A stretch of 64,000 bases of DNA from Dehalococcoidia bacterium (lineage in GTDB: Bacteria; Chloroflexota; Dehalococcoidia; Lucifugimonadales; CAUZJF01): positions 9,513-73,512 of the forward strand of contig CBDFJV010000006.1 in the NCBI GenBank assembly GCA_965248605.1, read 5' to 3'. Positions 16,909-25,911 of the stretch are shown here, one piece after another. Each line of letters begins with the position of its first letter. Position 1 is the first letter of the stretch. Position numbers and translations under genes: made by a program. The notes beneath the pieces are model-generated. The model saw only the letters and a list, made by a program, of their open reading frames with translations. It made no database searches and was not told where the DNA came from.

Positions 16909-18774
16909 TCAGACCGGAGCCTCCTGGCGTGCCTTCTGGGATTGCGTTTGCGCTGGAACTACATCGAGCAACTCCAACTCCCGCAGCTTTTCGTCCGGTA
17001 TCATGCCGTCTTCAGTCCAGCCGCGGGCGCCGTAGTACGACCGGATCATCATGTCCAGATCCTCGCGAGTCAGACCGATCCCCTCCACCATCCCGGTCGT
17101 CAGCTCCTGCTCTAGAACACGCGGAGGCAGATCGTCGTCCTCCCGTGTCCAGCCCTCGCGGATGTTGAAGAGCTTCTTGAGGTTGTTGATGCGCTCCCCC
17201 GCACGCCGCAGATCGTCGGCCGTCATCGGCCAACCCGTGATGTGCTCGTAGACCTGTGCGGACTCCTCGTAGAAGTCGTCGAAGGCCTTCCGCAGGAACT
17301 TGCACCAGATGAGTGAGTCGAGCACCGCCGAGAAGTCCTCGCCCTCCATCGTGATGCGACCGCGCTTCTCGTCGGCTTTGAGGCGATCTACCCTGGACGA
17401 GAAATCGGCCTCGTAGGCTGACGAGCGGTTATGGCAGGCTCCACGGGTGCTGACGGCCAGCCCGAGGGCCATCGTCTTGAGACTTCGCGGCTCGTAGCCG
17501 GGCATCTCGAGGCCCTTGACGTGCATCGCCCAATCGGCGGAGCCCTGTCCCACCACCTGTGCAGCCGCTCGGCTGCCATCCGCAAGCAGGTCTCCGATTC
17601 CCTCTCGTTCGGCGATGAGCCGAAGCGTCGCCGACAGTGCGTCGGCGTTCCCGAACCGCAGATCGATGCCGTTGGTGTCCTCGGGGGTCAGAATGCCTCG
17701 CTCGAAGCACTCCATCGCCCAGGCGATGGTCGCGCCGGAGCTGATCGTGTCCATGCCAAGCTCGTCGCACAAGTGCGAGGCCCGTATGACGGCGTTGGCG
17801 TCGCCGACGCCAACCAGAGGCCCAAGAGCGAAGGTGCTCTCGTATTCCATCCGGCCTTTGGAGGGTGTGCCGCCGTCCGTGGTGGCCATGATGTGCTCGC
17901 AACCGATCGTGCAGTTGGCGCAGTGGGCGTTCTTGACGTGGTGGTCCTTGACGAACTGCTCGCCGCTGACCTCCTCGGCGAGGTCGAAGGTCGATTGCTG
18001 AAAGTTCCGGGTGGGGAGCGTGCCCAAGCGATTGAAAACCGCCACGTTCGCCATCGTGCCCAGGGTCCGGTACTTCTCGGTCGCCGGGCCCAGGCTGCGG
18101 CGCGTCAGGTCCTTACCGATCGCCTTCAGGCTCTCAGGCTCATACACCGGCACTGGGGTGCGGCCCCGCACTGCGATGGCCTTGAGGTTCTTTGAGCCCA
18201 TCACGGCGCCGGGGCCGGTCCGGCCGGCTTGCCGTCCGCCGTCGTTGGCTATGCTCGCGTACCGGACCAGTTGCTCGCCGGCTGGCCCGATGCACGCGAC
18301 CCGTGTCATCCGACCCAGCCGCGTTTTGACCGCTTCTTCGGTCTCCGAGGTGCTGAGCCCCAGGAGGTCTGTCGCGTCGAGAAACTCGACGTTGCCGTCT
18401 TCTATCGACAGCAGCGTCGGAGACGCGCTTTTTCCCGTAATCACCAGCGCGTCGCAACCCGCTTTCTTCAGCTCGGTCGCCAGGAAGCTGGAGGAGAGCG
18501 AATCGCCGATGAAACCGGTGAGCGGCGACTTGGCCAGCACGGCGAACTTGCTGGACGTCGTCAGCCTGCTGCCGACCAGAGGGCTCGTGACGAAGATGAG
18601 GGGGTTCTCCGGGCCCAGGGGGCTGGCCCCGGGTGGGCAGAACCGATACAACAGGTAAGTGCCCAGGCCGGTGCCACCAATGAACCGTCTCAGAACATCT
18701 TCTGTGAGGGGGAACCAGTCGACCCCCCGCGTCGTCAGGTCAACCAGCATCGCCTTCCCATGATAGCCGTACAT
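16909..18774 (-). CDS. aor: Aldehyde:ferredoxin oxidoreductase (tungstopterin AOR family)
   Basis: A 621-aa protein whose N-terminus MYGYHGKAMLVDLTTR..GGTGLGTYLL and overall layout are typical of the AOR family. Confidence 0.9.
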   Translation of the reverse strand: MYGYHGKAMLVDLTTRGVDWFPLTEDVLRRFIGGTGLGTYLLYRFCPPGASPLGPENPLIFVTSPLVGSRLTTSSKFAVLAKSPLTGFIGDSLSSSFLATELKKAGCDALVITGKSASPTLLSIEDGNVEFLDATDLLGLSTSETEEAVKTRLGRMTRVACIGPAGEQLVRYASIANDGGRQAGRTGPGAVMGSKNLKAIAVRGRTPVPVYEPESLKAIGKDLTRRSLGPATEKYRTLGTMANVAVFNRLGTLPTRNFQQSTFDLAEEVSGEQFVKDHHVKNAHCANCTIGCEHIMATTDGGTPSKGRMEYESTFALGPLVGVGDANAVIRASHLCDELGMDTISSGATIAWAMECFERGILTPEDTNGIDLRFGNADALSATLRLIAEREGIGDLLADGSRAAAQVVGQGSADWAMHVKGLEMPGYEPRSLKTMALGLAVSTRGACHNRSSAYEADFSSRVDRLKADEKRGRITMEGEDFSAVLDSLIWCKFLRKAFDDFYEESAQVYEHITGWPMTADDLRRAGERINNLKKLFNIREGWTREDDDLPPRVLEQELTTGMVEGIGLTREDLDMMIRSYYGARGWTEDGMIPDEKLRELELLDVVPAQTQSQKARQEAPV

Positions 18775-18779
18775 GTGGG

Positions 18780-19091
18780 TCAGCCCCCCGCCTGGCTCGA
18801 GAACAGCAGCAGAGAATCGCCGTGCTTCAGGCGAAGCGGCCCTTTGTCAACAAACTCGCTTCCGTTCAGGTTCAGCATGAAGCTTTCGAGCAGCCCGGAG
18901 CGGTCCTCCCGGATTGCCTTGCCTACAAGCTCAGGGTGAGCATTCGCAAGCGTCCCTGCGATCTCAGGCACCGAGACTGTCGGGGGGACACGTAGTGACA
19001 CATGGCGCCGTCCGACCGTAAGTCTCGCCGAGCCGAAGAGCTCGACTCGTATCGTGACCAGTTCAATCGCGGTGTCCTTCACTTCAACCAA
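18780..19091 (-). CDS. moaD: MoaD/ThiS-family sulfur carrier
   Basis: A ~100-aa beta-grasp-sized protein ending in GG (..LLFSSQAGG*). Confidence 0.7.
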   Translation of the reverse strand: MVEVKDTAIELVTIRVELFGSARLTVGRRHVSLRVPPTVSVPEIAGTLANAHPELVGKAIREDRSGLLESFMLNLNGSEFVDKGPLRLKHGDSLLLFSSQAGG

Positions 19092-19740
19092 TCTTGGAAG
19101 CCTTCTGGGGTTCGCCAGGTCGGGATTCCCTTTCGGCGACCAAGGCCATCGCCCGGTCGAGGTCCCGCTGCGTGTTCACGTTGAAGAAGCTCAGGAGCTC
19201 AGGGTCGAGTCTTTCGACTTCAGGCTGTAGAACGTAGTTCACACGCACGTCGTCGAAAAACCGGGCGATCTTGAGGTCGCCGGCCTTCAGATACGGTTCG
19301 ATGTAGGTGAGACAGGCCTTGGAGTACACGGCGTGGGTCGGCTCCGGGCGGCCGTCAAGCTCAGGAACCGCTACGTCGAAGCCGTCACGCGAGGCCAGCA
19401 AATGCCTGAAAAGCTCAACGTTGAGGAAAGGCATGTCGCACGCAACCACGACCCCCCAATCGGCCTCCATCGCAGTCAGGCCCGTGAAGATGCCCCCCAG
19501 GGAGCCGCTGTCCGGATAGATGTCTACGGCAACTCTGGCATCTCCGCCGAGGGCCAGCTCGTCGGCCCTGGCCACGTTGTTGACGACCACCACGGTCCCG
19601 GCTGTAACCTCGGACAAGCGACGGATAACCCCATGGAGGAGCGGCTCGCCCCCCAGCGGCTCCATGGCCTTATCACGGCCCAGCCGCCTGCTCAGCCCTC
19701 CGGCCAAGACTATGCCCCAAGCGTCGGTTGGCGTATCCAT
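19084..19740 (-). CDS. mobA: Molybdenum cofactor guanylyltransferase
   Basis: GIVLAGGLSRRLGRDKA is the N-terminal nucleotide-binding motif of MobA. Confidence 0.8.
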   Translation of the reverse strand: MDTPTDAWGIVLAGGLSRRLGRDKAMEPLGGEPLLHGVIRRLSEVTAGTVVVVNNVARADELALGGDARVAVDIYPDSGSLGGIFTGLTAMEADWGVVVACDMPFLNVELFRHLLASRDGFDVAVPELDGRPEPTHAVYSKACLTYIEPYLKAGDLKIARFFDDVRVNYVLQPEVERLDPELLSFFNVNTQRDLDRAMALVAERESRPGEPQKASKIG

Positions 19741-19774
19741 AGCGTCTGGTAGGAGAGCGTAGCATAGTTCAATA

Positions 19775-21721
19775 CTAGCTGCTACCTATCTCAGCTACGA
19801 CCTCTCCCGTGCGAGTAGTGTCGTAGCCGCCCAAACCGTCCATCTGCTGTTTGAACGCCTCGCTCCTCACGAGTTCGAGCAGCGGCGCCAGCTGACTACT
19901 CTCGTAGAACTCGACGGGGATGACCAGGTCGTATTGCTCGTCCGCGAGGGGCACGAAGTCCAGCCCCAGTGCCCTGGCCGCGGACAGTACGCCGAGCCCG
20001 GCAGCTGCCCGACCGCCCGCCACTGCAGCGGCCACGGCGAGATGGGTATATTCCTCCCGCTCGTAGCCGTCTATCTGCTTCGCGCCGATACCGGCGCCTT
20101 TGAGCATGTAGTCGAGCAGCAGACGAGTCCCCGACCCTCGTTGCCGATTGACGAAAGTGACCCCCTTGCGGACAAGGTCTTCGAGAGAGGCAATCGACTC
20201 CGGATTGTCTTTCTGGACGATGAGTCCCTGAGTCCGTCCGGCCAGGCGCACGAGAATGACGTCGCGACCCTTGAGGTACCGCTTCACGTATGTCACGTTG
20301 TACTCGCCGGTTTCCTCATCCATCAGGTGACATCCCGCCAGATGGGCCTCTCCGCGCTTCAGGGCCGTGAGACCACCCAAGCTGCCGACGTTCGAGGAAA
20401 CCAGGCTCGCACCAGGATGGCGGCGGTGGATCTCGCTGGCGAGCAGGTCCAGCGATACGTCGTGGCTTCCGATAGCGACGATGGCGTGCTCGATTGCCTC
20501 GAGCGGTCTTAGAAGCTCAACCTCGACCTCTTCACCAGCGGCGATGCCTTCGGAGAAACGAGGGATCAGGGCGATGCCGTCCGCGCGCACTAGCGACATG
20601 ATAACTCCGGCGCCCCGCTGGACCGGCGTGGCTACCATTCTCTCAGCCACGACTCCCAGCCTCACCCGCAAGAACTCGTCCTCGCCCATCGGCGAGGAGA
20701 CCTTTCTGGTAACGGTCGCGGTGACCTTGTCTCGCCTTTCTACTGCGATCCCGAGCCGCGCTTCGATCAGCGGTCGGACGAAGAGCTCGCATGTCAGGGC
20801 CGCTGACACCGGGTAGCCAGGTATTCCTATGAATGGTTTGTCGTCGATGACCCCCAACACCACGGGGTGTCCCGGCCTGACGGCAACGCCGTGGACTACC
20901 AACTGACCCAGACCTTCGACGACCTTCGCCGTGTAGTCTTCCGAGCCTGCCGAAGACCCGGCGTTGACGACCACGATGTCGTACTTGCGGACGGCTTCGC
21001 GGACCGCTGCGGAGATCTGCTCGTAGTCGTCGGGCACCGGGTCCCATCGCGTGGCATGCGCGCCCCAGTCGTCGATCATCGCGGATAGCATCAGCGAGTT
21101 GGACTCGACGATTTCGCCCGGCCGCGCTTGAGACCCCGGCGTCACTAGCTCCGTACCAGTGGGGATCACGGCCAGTGTCGGTGTCCGCCGGACATCGACA
21201 CTCGAAAGGCCGGCAGCCGCGCATGCCGCCAGGTCCTGGGGTCGGAGGCGGTGATCGACCGGTAGGACCAGCTCGGTCGCCACTATGTCTTCGCCGAGCG
21301 GCCGAACGTGTTGGTATGGGGCAATAGGAGATTGGAGCTCGATAGTCGCCTCGTCGACCTGGTGGACGACCTCGACCATCGCGACAGCGTCGTAGCCATC
21401 GGGCATCGGGTCGCCGGTGTCGAGCCATATGGCCTGCTCGCCGACCTTGAGCCGGACCGGCGCCGTCTCGGTGGCCCCGACGGTTTCTCGCGACCTTACG
21501 GCGACGCCGTCCATAGCGGACGCATCGTAGTGTGGCGAGGAGGCTTTCGCCCACACCGGCTCCGCGGTAACCCGCCCGCTAGCCTGGTCTAATGGCACAC
21601 TCTCGCCTGGCGATCGCTCGAGCCAGCCTGCGTCCCGCAACGCCGCGTGAAACCGGGTAATGGCCTCGTCGAGGGGAATATCTTCGAGGTAGTAGCGGCG
21701 TTTCCGCGGAGGTTCAGGCAT
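19775..21721 (-). CDS. moeA: MoeA-type molybdopterin molybdo/tungsto-transferase fused to a C-terminal periplasmic-binding-protein-like domain
   Basis: MoeA domains occupy the first ~400 aa (..SPHYDASAMDGVAV.., GSSAGSEDY). They are followed by a ~230-aa PBP-like domain (..NRQRGSGTRLLLD..). Confidence 0.8.
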   Translation of the reverse strand: MPEPPRKRRYYLEDIPLDEAITRFHAALRDAGWLERSPGESVPLDQASGRVTAEPVWAKASSPHYDASAMDGVAVRSRETVGATETAPVRLKVGEQAIWLDTGDPMPDGYDAVAMVEVVHQVDEATIELQSPIAPYQHVRPLGEDIVATELVLPVDHRLRPQDLAACAAAGLSSVDVRRTPTLAVIPTGTELVTPGSQARPGEIVESNSLMLSAMIDDWGAHATRWDPVPDDYEQISAAVREAVRKYDIVVVNAGSSAGSEDYTAKVVEGLGQLVVHGVAVRPGHPVVLGVIDDKPFIGIPGYPVSAALTCELFVRPLIEARLGIAVERRDKVTATVTRKVSSPMGEDEFLRVRLGVVAERMVATPVQRGAGVIMSLVRADGIALIPRFSEGIAAGEEVEVELLRPLEAIEHAIVAIGSHDVSLDLLASEIHRRHPGASLVSSNVGSLGGLTALKRGEAHLAGCHLMDEETGEYNVTYVKRYLKGRDVILVRLAGRTQGLIVQKDNPESIASLEDLVRKGVTFVNRQRGSGTRLLLDYMLKGAGIGAKQIDGYEREEYTHLAVAAAVAGGRAAAGLGVLSAARALGLDFVPLADEQYDLVIPVEFYESSQLAPLLELVRSEAFKQQMDGLGGYDTTRTGEVVAEIGSS

Positions 21722-21773
21722 GCCGTCCAGGGTACGCCTGAATCACTTGGGGGCCGCGTCGCGAGACATCCTC

Positions 21774-22121
21774 TCAGGAGTCCAGTTGGCCCGCGACTTC
21801 GACCAACGGAGCATTCACGTGGGTTGTCGGACCTAGATCAACTGATACTGCGAACGAGCCGATACTTGCTCCGAACCATCTAACGGAATTCACCTGAGCG
21901 TGGGCGGAGGCCTTCTCTATAGCCGCCTGACGGATGTAAGCAGAGGTTTTCTGGCCTAGCCGTTCCGCGTAGTCGCCGATCAGTTCCAGGTCCTCTCTGC
22001 TGAATGCGACGGAAACCACCGCCCGCGCCTTCTTCTGGGGCGAGATGCGCTCAGCGCGTTCGTAGTCCCACTCCTCCGGCGATTCCAGATTTTCCGCTTC
22101 TTCCGCTTTCAAGCGTCCCAT
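21774..22121 (-). CDS. Ribbon-helix-helix antitoxin, BrnA-like
   Basis: AVVSVAFSREDLELIGDYAERLGQKTSAYIRQAAIE is a CopG/RHH pattern. It lies immediately downstream of the BrnT-like ORF, which matches the BrnTA gene order. Confidence 0.55.
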   Translation of the reverse strand: MGRLKAEEAENLESPEEWDYERAERISPQKKARAVVSVAFSREDLELIGDYAERLGQKTSAYIRQAAIEKASAHAQVNSVRWFGASIGSFAVSVDLGPTTHVNAPLVEVAGQLDS

Positions 22122-22123
22122 AT

Positions 22124-22405
22124 CTATCTCCTTCCTAAGTGGATGAGCTCACTCTCCTTGCAAGGCCAAGCTGTGATCGGCCTCCACACCGTCGGTTCGT
22201 GAGTGGGGACCGGCACCGCAATGCACTGGCCCCCGTGGTCCCTTCCTACCAGCAGATACAATCCTCTGCGGCGCCTCCGGTTTCGAACTAAAAAGTATTC
22301 GCTGTCGAGGATCTGCAACACTCGTCTGTACGATAGACGGTGCACGGAGAATTTCTCTTCGTTCACCTCGTCGAAGAGGAAACCCTCCACGACAGGGCTT
22401 GACAT
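22124..22405 (-). CDS. BrnT-like (DUF497) ribonuclease toxin
   Basis: A 93-aa protein. FLFDEVNEEKF...LYLLVGRD...VWRPITAWPCKESE parallels the F.WDE.K ... RIISAR.A...E pattern of BrnT. Confidence 0.55.
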   Translation of the reverse strand: MSSPVVEGFLFDEVNEEKFSVHRLSYRRVLQILDSEYFLVRNRRRRRGLYLLVGRDHGGQCIAVPVPTHEPTVWRPITAWPCKESELIHLGRR

Positions 22406-22469
22406 GCAGAATCTCCTACATCTAAACTACAGTATACTACATCTGTAGTGTTTCTTCGATAGGATACCT

Positions 22470-22877
22470 ATGAATATCGAATGGCTCATCCTCGCCGACG
22501 CCGCCGAAGTCAACGGAGGCAAGCTTTATTTGCTAGGAGGCGGCTGGAACCAGCTAACGGCCAACAAGTTCCCGTTCCCCCATAGCATGGCGATCGCAGT
22601 CTCATTCAAGGTCCCATGGACTCAGACCAATGAAAAGCACAGCTTTGAAATCGAAATCGCCGACTCAGATGGTCACTCTGTTGCCAAGGTTCCCGGCCAG
22701 TTCGAGGTGGGTCGTCCTGTCGGAGTTCCCGCCGGCCAGGACCAGCGGGCGCAAATCGTCGTGAACCTCAATTGGACTATCAACCAGGCCAGCGGGTACG
22801 CCGTAGCCGTCCGCCTAAATGGTGAGGAAGGCGGCCTCTTTCCGTTCAGCGTGGTCTCTGGTCCCAAGCAGGCCTAG
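22470..22877 (+). CDS. Hypothetical protein (135 aa)
   Basis: A clean ORF with a plausible ATG and coding-like composition. I cannot assign a family with confidence. Confidence 0.55.
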   Translation: MNIEWLILADAAEVNGGKLYLLGGGWNQLTANKFPFPHSMAIAVSFKVPWTQTNEKHSFEIEIADSDGHSVAKVPGQFEVGRPVGVPAGQDQRAQIVVNLNWTINQASGYAVAVRLNGEEGGLFPFSVVSGPKQA

Positions 22878-23149
22878 CGTCCGGGTTCGGGCGGTTACCT
22901 CGACCGGATGGCCTCGTCGAAGGCAATGAATACGCGGTGATCACCCGGGTTTATCTCGCTCCTCGTTTTTCCCCTCGAGGATAGTGTTCACGACCGGCGT
23001 AACGGACCCTATGGAATGGCGCACCATGTCCGCGACTGAATCTGCGAATTCCGAATCCAGGCTGTCACCGGTGCGCGTGTCGTCAAGAATAAGCCACCGA
23101 TCGTCTTCATGCACGTTGCCGAGCGGCTGTAATTTTTGCTTTAAAGCCA

Positions 23150-23280
23150 CTAGTAGACCGAAATCTTTGAAATGAGGGGTAGCCGAGATTGGCGTGCTAC
23201 GACGACAGGGCGGGTTTCAAACCCGCCCCTACCAAGCCGTAACCTCAGAACCCTTCAATACTAGGATGTTGGACCACTAG
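23150..23280 (+). repeat. 131-bp MITE-like repeat, copy 2 (first of a tandem pair)
   Basis: Full-length copy. Its right-hand CTAG (23277..23280) is shared with copy 3. Confidence 0.9.
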
Positions 23281-23407
23281 TAGACCGAAATTTTTGAAAT
23301 GAGGGGTAGCCGAGATTGGCGTGCTACGACGACAGGGCGGGTTTCAAACCCGCCCCTACCAAGCCGTAACCTCAGAACCCTTCAATACTAGGATGTTGGA
23401 CCACTAG
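23277..23407 (+). repeat. 131-bp MITE-like repeat, copy 3 (second of a tandem pair)
   Basis: Full-length copy with one visible substitution (GAAATTTTTG versus GAAATCTTTG). It overlaps the 3' end of the ORF at 23372..24373. Confidence 0.9.
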
Positions 23408-24373
23408 ATCCTCCGGGGAAAACCACCCTACCCTGTCGCTTTCATCGCGGTTCTTGACCTGGTCCCTCTTATCACACCGGAACCTTACCTTTACCTCGAA
23501 GGGCGCGGATTGAGTGGCTTTGGGAAGAAGTAACTGATACCTCATAGAGCTGTTACCCCATGGCGGCCATGAGTACCATAGTTGATAGTAGCGATTGACT
23601 GGGCCAACGCCCGCCCATCGACTCTTCCTGTCCGGTTTCAAGTCATCGGGGAGTTCCGCAAGGGCTTCAAAGGCCGCTGTTCTGAAGAAGCGCGTGACCT
23701 CATCAAACCGACCGCGTCCTGCCCGGTTCCTGGCCCGCCCGAGCGTGACATCGTCTACTCCTGGAATAGGCAGAATCGTGGTGGTCTGTATATAGAAACT
23801 GTCGCTGGCCTGGTCGCGGTAGGGGGTGAGCTGAACGCATGTAATCAAGGCTTCGCTCAGAGCTTTATCGTTCAACCACTGCACAGCCGACGTAACTTCT
23901 GGCGCGAACCTATGACTCGCCAAGACTATTCGCTGCTCGTTGTTTAGCCCTTCCAGGTCATCGGCGTCGATGTGTTCCTTTAGCTGAACAATCGCCTCTT
24001 CCTCGGAGACCTTGGCATGGGCGACGAGCATATCCACGATGTCATTCGGTTTCGCGTGCTGGAAGTAACTCGCGTATTTGATTGCCTGCCAGTGGACTTC
24101 TGATCCGCTATCGTCCCTTTTCAGTTCGATGACGACGACCCGGCCGTCGGTGTCCACGGCCACGATGTCCGGACGCTCCCGTGTCCTGTCGAATCCGCTA
24201 AACTCCTTTGCGATTACGAGGAGGTCTTCGCCGAGAATTGTGGGATGAACAACGATCCATTCCTGAATGTCGCTCCGTTCGCGGAATCCCGCTGCGGCGA
24301 ATTCGATCTCCGTCACCGCCTCCGCACTCTTCGCGGCCGGGTCGATCTTGAACAGATTGGGTCCAGTGCTCAT
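23372..24373 (-). CDS. PD-(D/E)XK nuclease-like protein (NucS/DUF91-like N-terminal domain plus an uncharacterised C-terminal domain)
   Basis: PDIVAVDTDGRVVVIELKRD is a D..E.K nuclease-core pattern like NucS. The last 11 codons (LVVQHPSIEGF*) are encoded by MITE copy 3. Confidence 0.55.
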   Translation of the reverse strand: MSTGPNLFKIDPAAKSAEAVTEIEFAAAGFRERSDIQEWIVVHPTILGEDLLVIAKEFSGFDRTRERPDIVAVDTDGRVVVIELKRDDSGSEVHWQAIKYASYFQHAKPNDIVDMLVAHAKVSEEEAIVQLKEHIDADDLEGLNNEQRIVLASHRFAPEVTSAVQWLNDKALSEALITCVQLTPYRDQASDSFYIQTTTILPIPGVDDVTLGRARNRAGRGRFDEVTRFFRTAAFEALAELPDDLKPDRKSRWAGVGPVNRYYQLWYSWPPWGNSSMRYQLLLPKATQSAPFEVKVRFRCDKRDQVKNRDESDRVGWFSPEDLVVQHPSIEGF

Positions 24374-24411
24374 AACCCCACTTCCATAGAAACAAAAGAT
24401 TGGCTGATGGC

Positions 24412-25644
24412 TCAGTACACCCGCACCTCGACCTCTTCCCCCGCGTAAAGCCCGCCTTTGTCCAGCGGAACGGTGACCGACCCCTCGGCACGGACTAAAG
24501 TGTAAATCAGGTTGGACTTCCCGAACAATGGCTCTGCACTCAAGACGCCGTTCTCGGTAAGCAGCCTCACCTGGACGTGGTCCTGGCGGCCGGTAACCGA
24601 AGGGATGTCGCGTTGGAGCCGCACCCTCACGGTGAGAGGCTCGGGCGGCGACGTGCAGCCAGCTAGCGCGTAGATCGTCAGCCGGACCACCATGTCGAAG
24701 ACCACCATGGCCGAGACGGGGTTCCCGGGCAGGCCGAAAGCCGGCTTGCCATTCAGCATTGCGATGAGCGTCGGCTTGCCAGGCTTGTGAGCGATGCCGT
24801 GCGCCAGCACTCCGGGCTCGCCCAGGTCGGCGAATACCTTGGCCGTCATGTCCCGGCTGCTTACAGAGCTACCCGCGGAAAACACAAGGACGTCCCCTTG
24901 CTCCAGGCCCTCGGAAGCAGCCGCACGCTGGGCCTCGAGGTCGTCGGGGACCACCGCGATGGGGACCGGTATTCCACCGGCCTGCGCCACCAGCGCGGAG
25001 ATCGTGTACGTATTGATGTCCCTGACCTGTCCGGGCCCGGGCGAGGAATCCGGGGCCACGAGCTCGTCGCCGGTCGAGACGATGGCCACTCGTGGCCGCC
25101 TCGCCACGTCGACGTCGGTGATGCCGAGCGCCAGCAACCCCCCAATGTCCTGGGGCCGGATGACCCTGCCCTGCCGGATGACGGTATCGCCCGCTCGCAC
25201 GTCCTCGCCCACCTGGACGACGTTCTCGCCGGGCGCCACCGGCCGCAGCACCTCGATGGTCGACTCGTCGACGGCCTGTGTGTGCTCGACCATCACCACG
25301 GCGTCGGCGCCATTCGCCAGCATCCCGCCCGTGTAAGCCCCCGCCGCCTGACCCGCGGAAAGCTCCACGTCCGGCGCCCTCCCCATGGCCACCTCGCCGG
25401 CAATCTCGAGATAGGCCGGCATACCTTCGGAGGCGCCAAAGGTGTCCGCCGACCGCACGGAGAAGCCGTCCATTGTCGATCGGGAGAACGCCGGGAGGTC
25501 CTCCGGGGAAACGACGTCGCGTGAGGTGACGCGGCCAAGGGCCTCGCTAGTGGGGACCTTCTCAGGCTCTACTGTCGCGTCCAATCGCTGGAGCACGATG
25601 TCCAGGGCCTCGGACGGCGGAAGAACGTTGAAAAACTCAGTCAT
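24412..25644 (-). CDS. moeA: Molybdopterin molybdenumtransferase MoeA
   Basis: FSRSTMDGFSV, GDELV and SAGSSVSSRD are MoeA motifs. The start is placed at the ATG at 25644 (MTEFFNVL); the longest ORF extends to 25779 through a hairpin repeat. Confidence 0.85.
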   Translation of the reverse strand: MTEFFNVLPPSEALDIVLQRLDATVEPEKVPTSEALGRVTSRDVVSPEDLPAFSRSTMDGFSVRSADTFGASEGMPAYLEIAGEVAMGRAPDVELSAGQAAGAYTGGMLANGADAVVMVEHTQAVDESTIEVLRPVAPGENVVQVGEDVRAGDTVIRQGRVIRPQDIGGLLALGITDVDVARRPRVAIVSTGDELVAPDSSPGPGQVRDINTYTISALVAQAGGIPVPIAVVPDDLEAQRAAASEGLEQGDVLVFSAGSSVSSRDMTAKVFADLGEPGVLAHGIAHKPGKPTLIAMLNGKPAFGLPGNPVSAMVVFDMVVRLTIYALAGCTSPPEPLTVRVRLQRDIPSVTGRQDHVQVRLLTENGVLSAEPLFGKSNLIYTLVRAEGSVTVPLDKGGLYAGEEVEVRVY

Positions 25645-25911
25645 AGTCGGTACGTCGGAAGGGCCCATTATAGCAAGCACCCAGGAGCAGCAACGGCTCA
25701 CCAGGGTTGCGACTAGACGTGCTGTCCGTCCTCTCGTAGGGGCGCATTGCGTGCGCCCGCTTTGGAGATCTGGGCACACAACGTATCCTGCACCTCCCTT
25801 ACCCGCATGAGGTACGCGCTTGCTGGTCGTGTCCTTTTGTTGTAGCCTGCGCCCGACCTACGGGAGCACTCGGCACATAGGACCGAACACCGCAAACAGA
25901 GGGGGATAGCC

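Noticed and set aside
22941-23150. 69-aa ORF whose start codon abuts the left end of the tandem MITE
   Set aside because: No recognisable family and no clear ribosome-binding site. It may be a truncated remnant. There is insufficient support to call it a gene.
23150-23407. Possible CRISPR array suggested by directly repeated sequence
   Set aside because: There are only two units of 131 bp, overlapping by 4 bp with no spacers. The same unit occurs singly at five other sites, so it is a dispersed MITE-like repeat and not a CRISPR.
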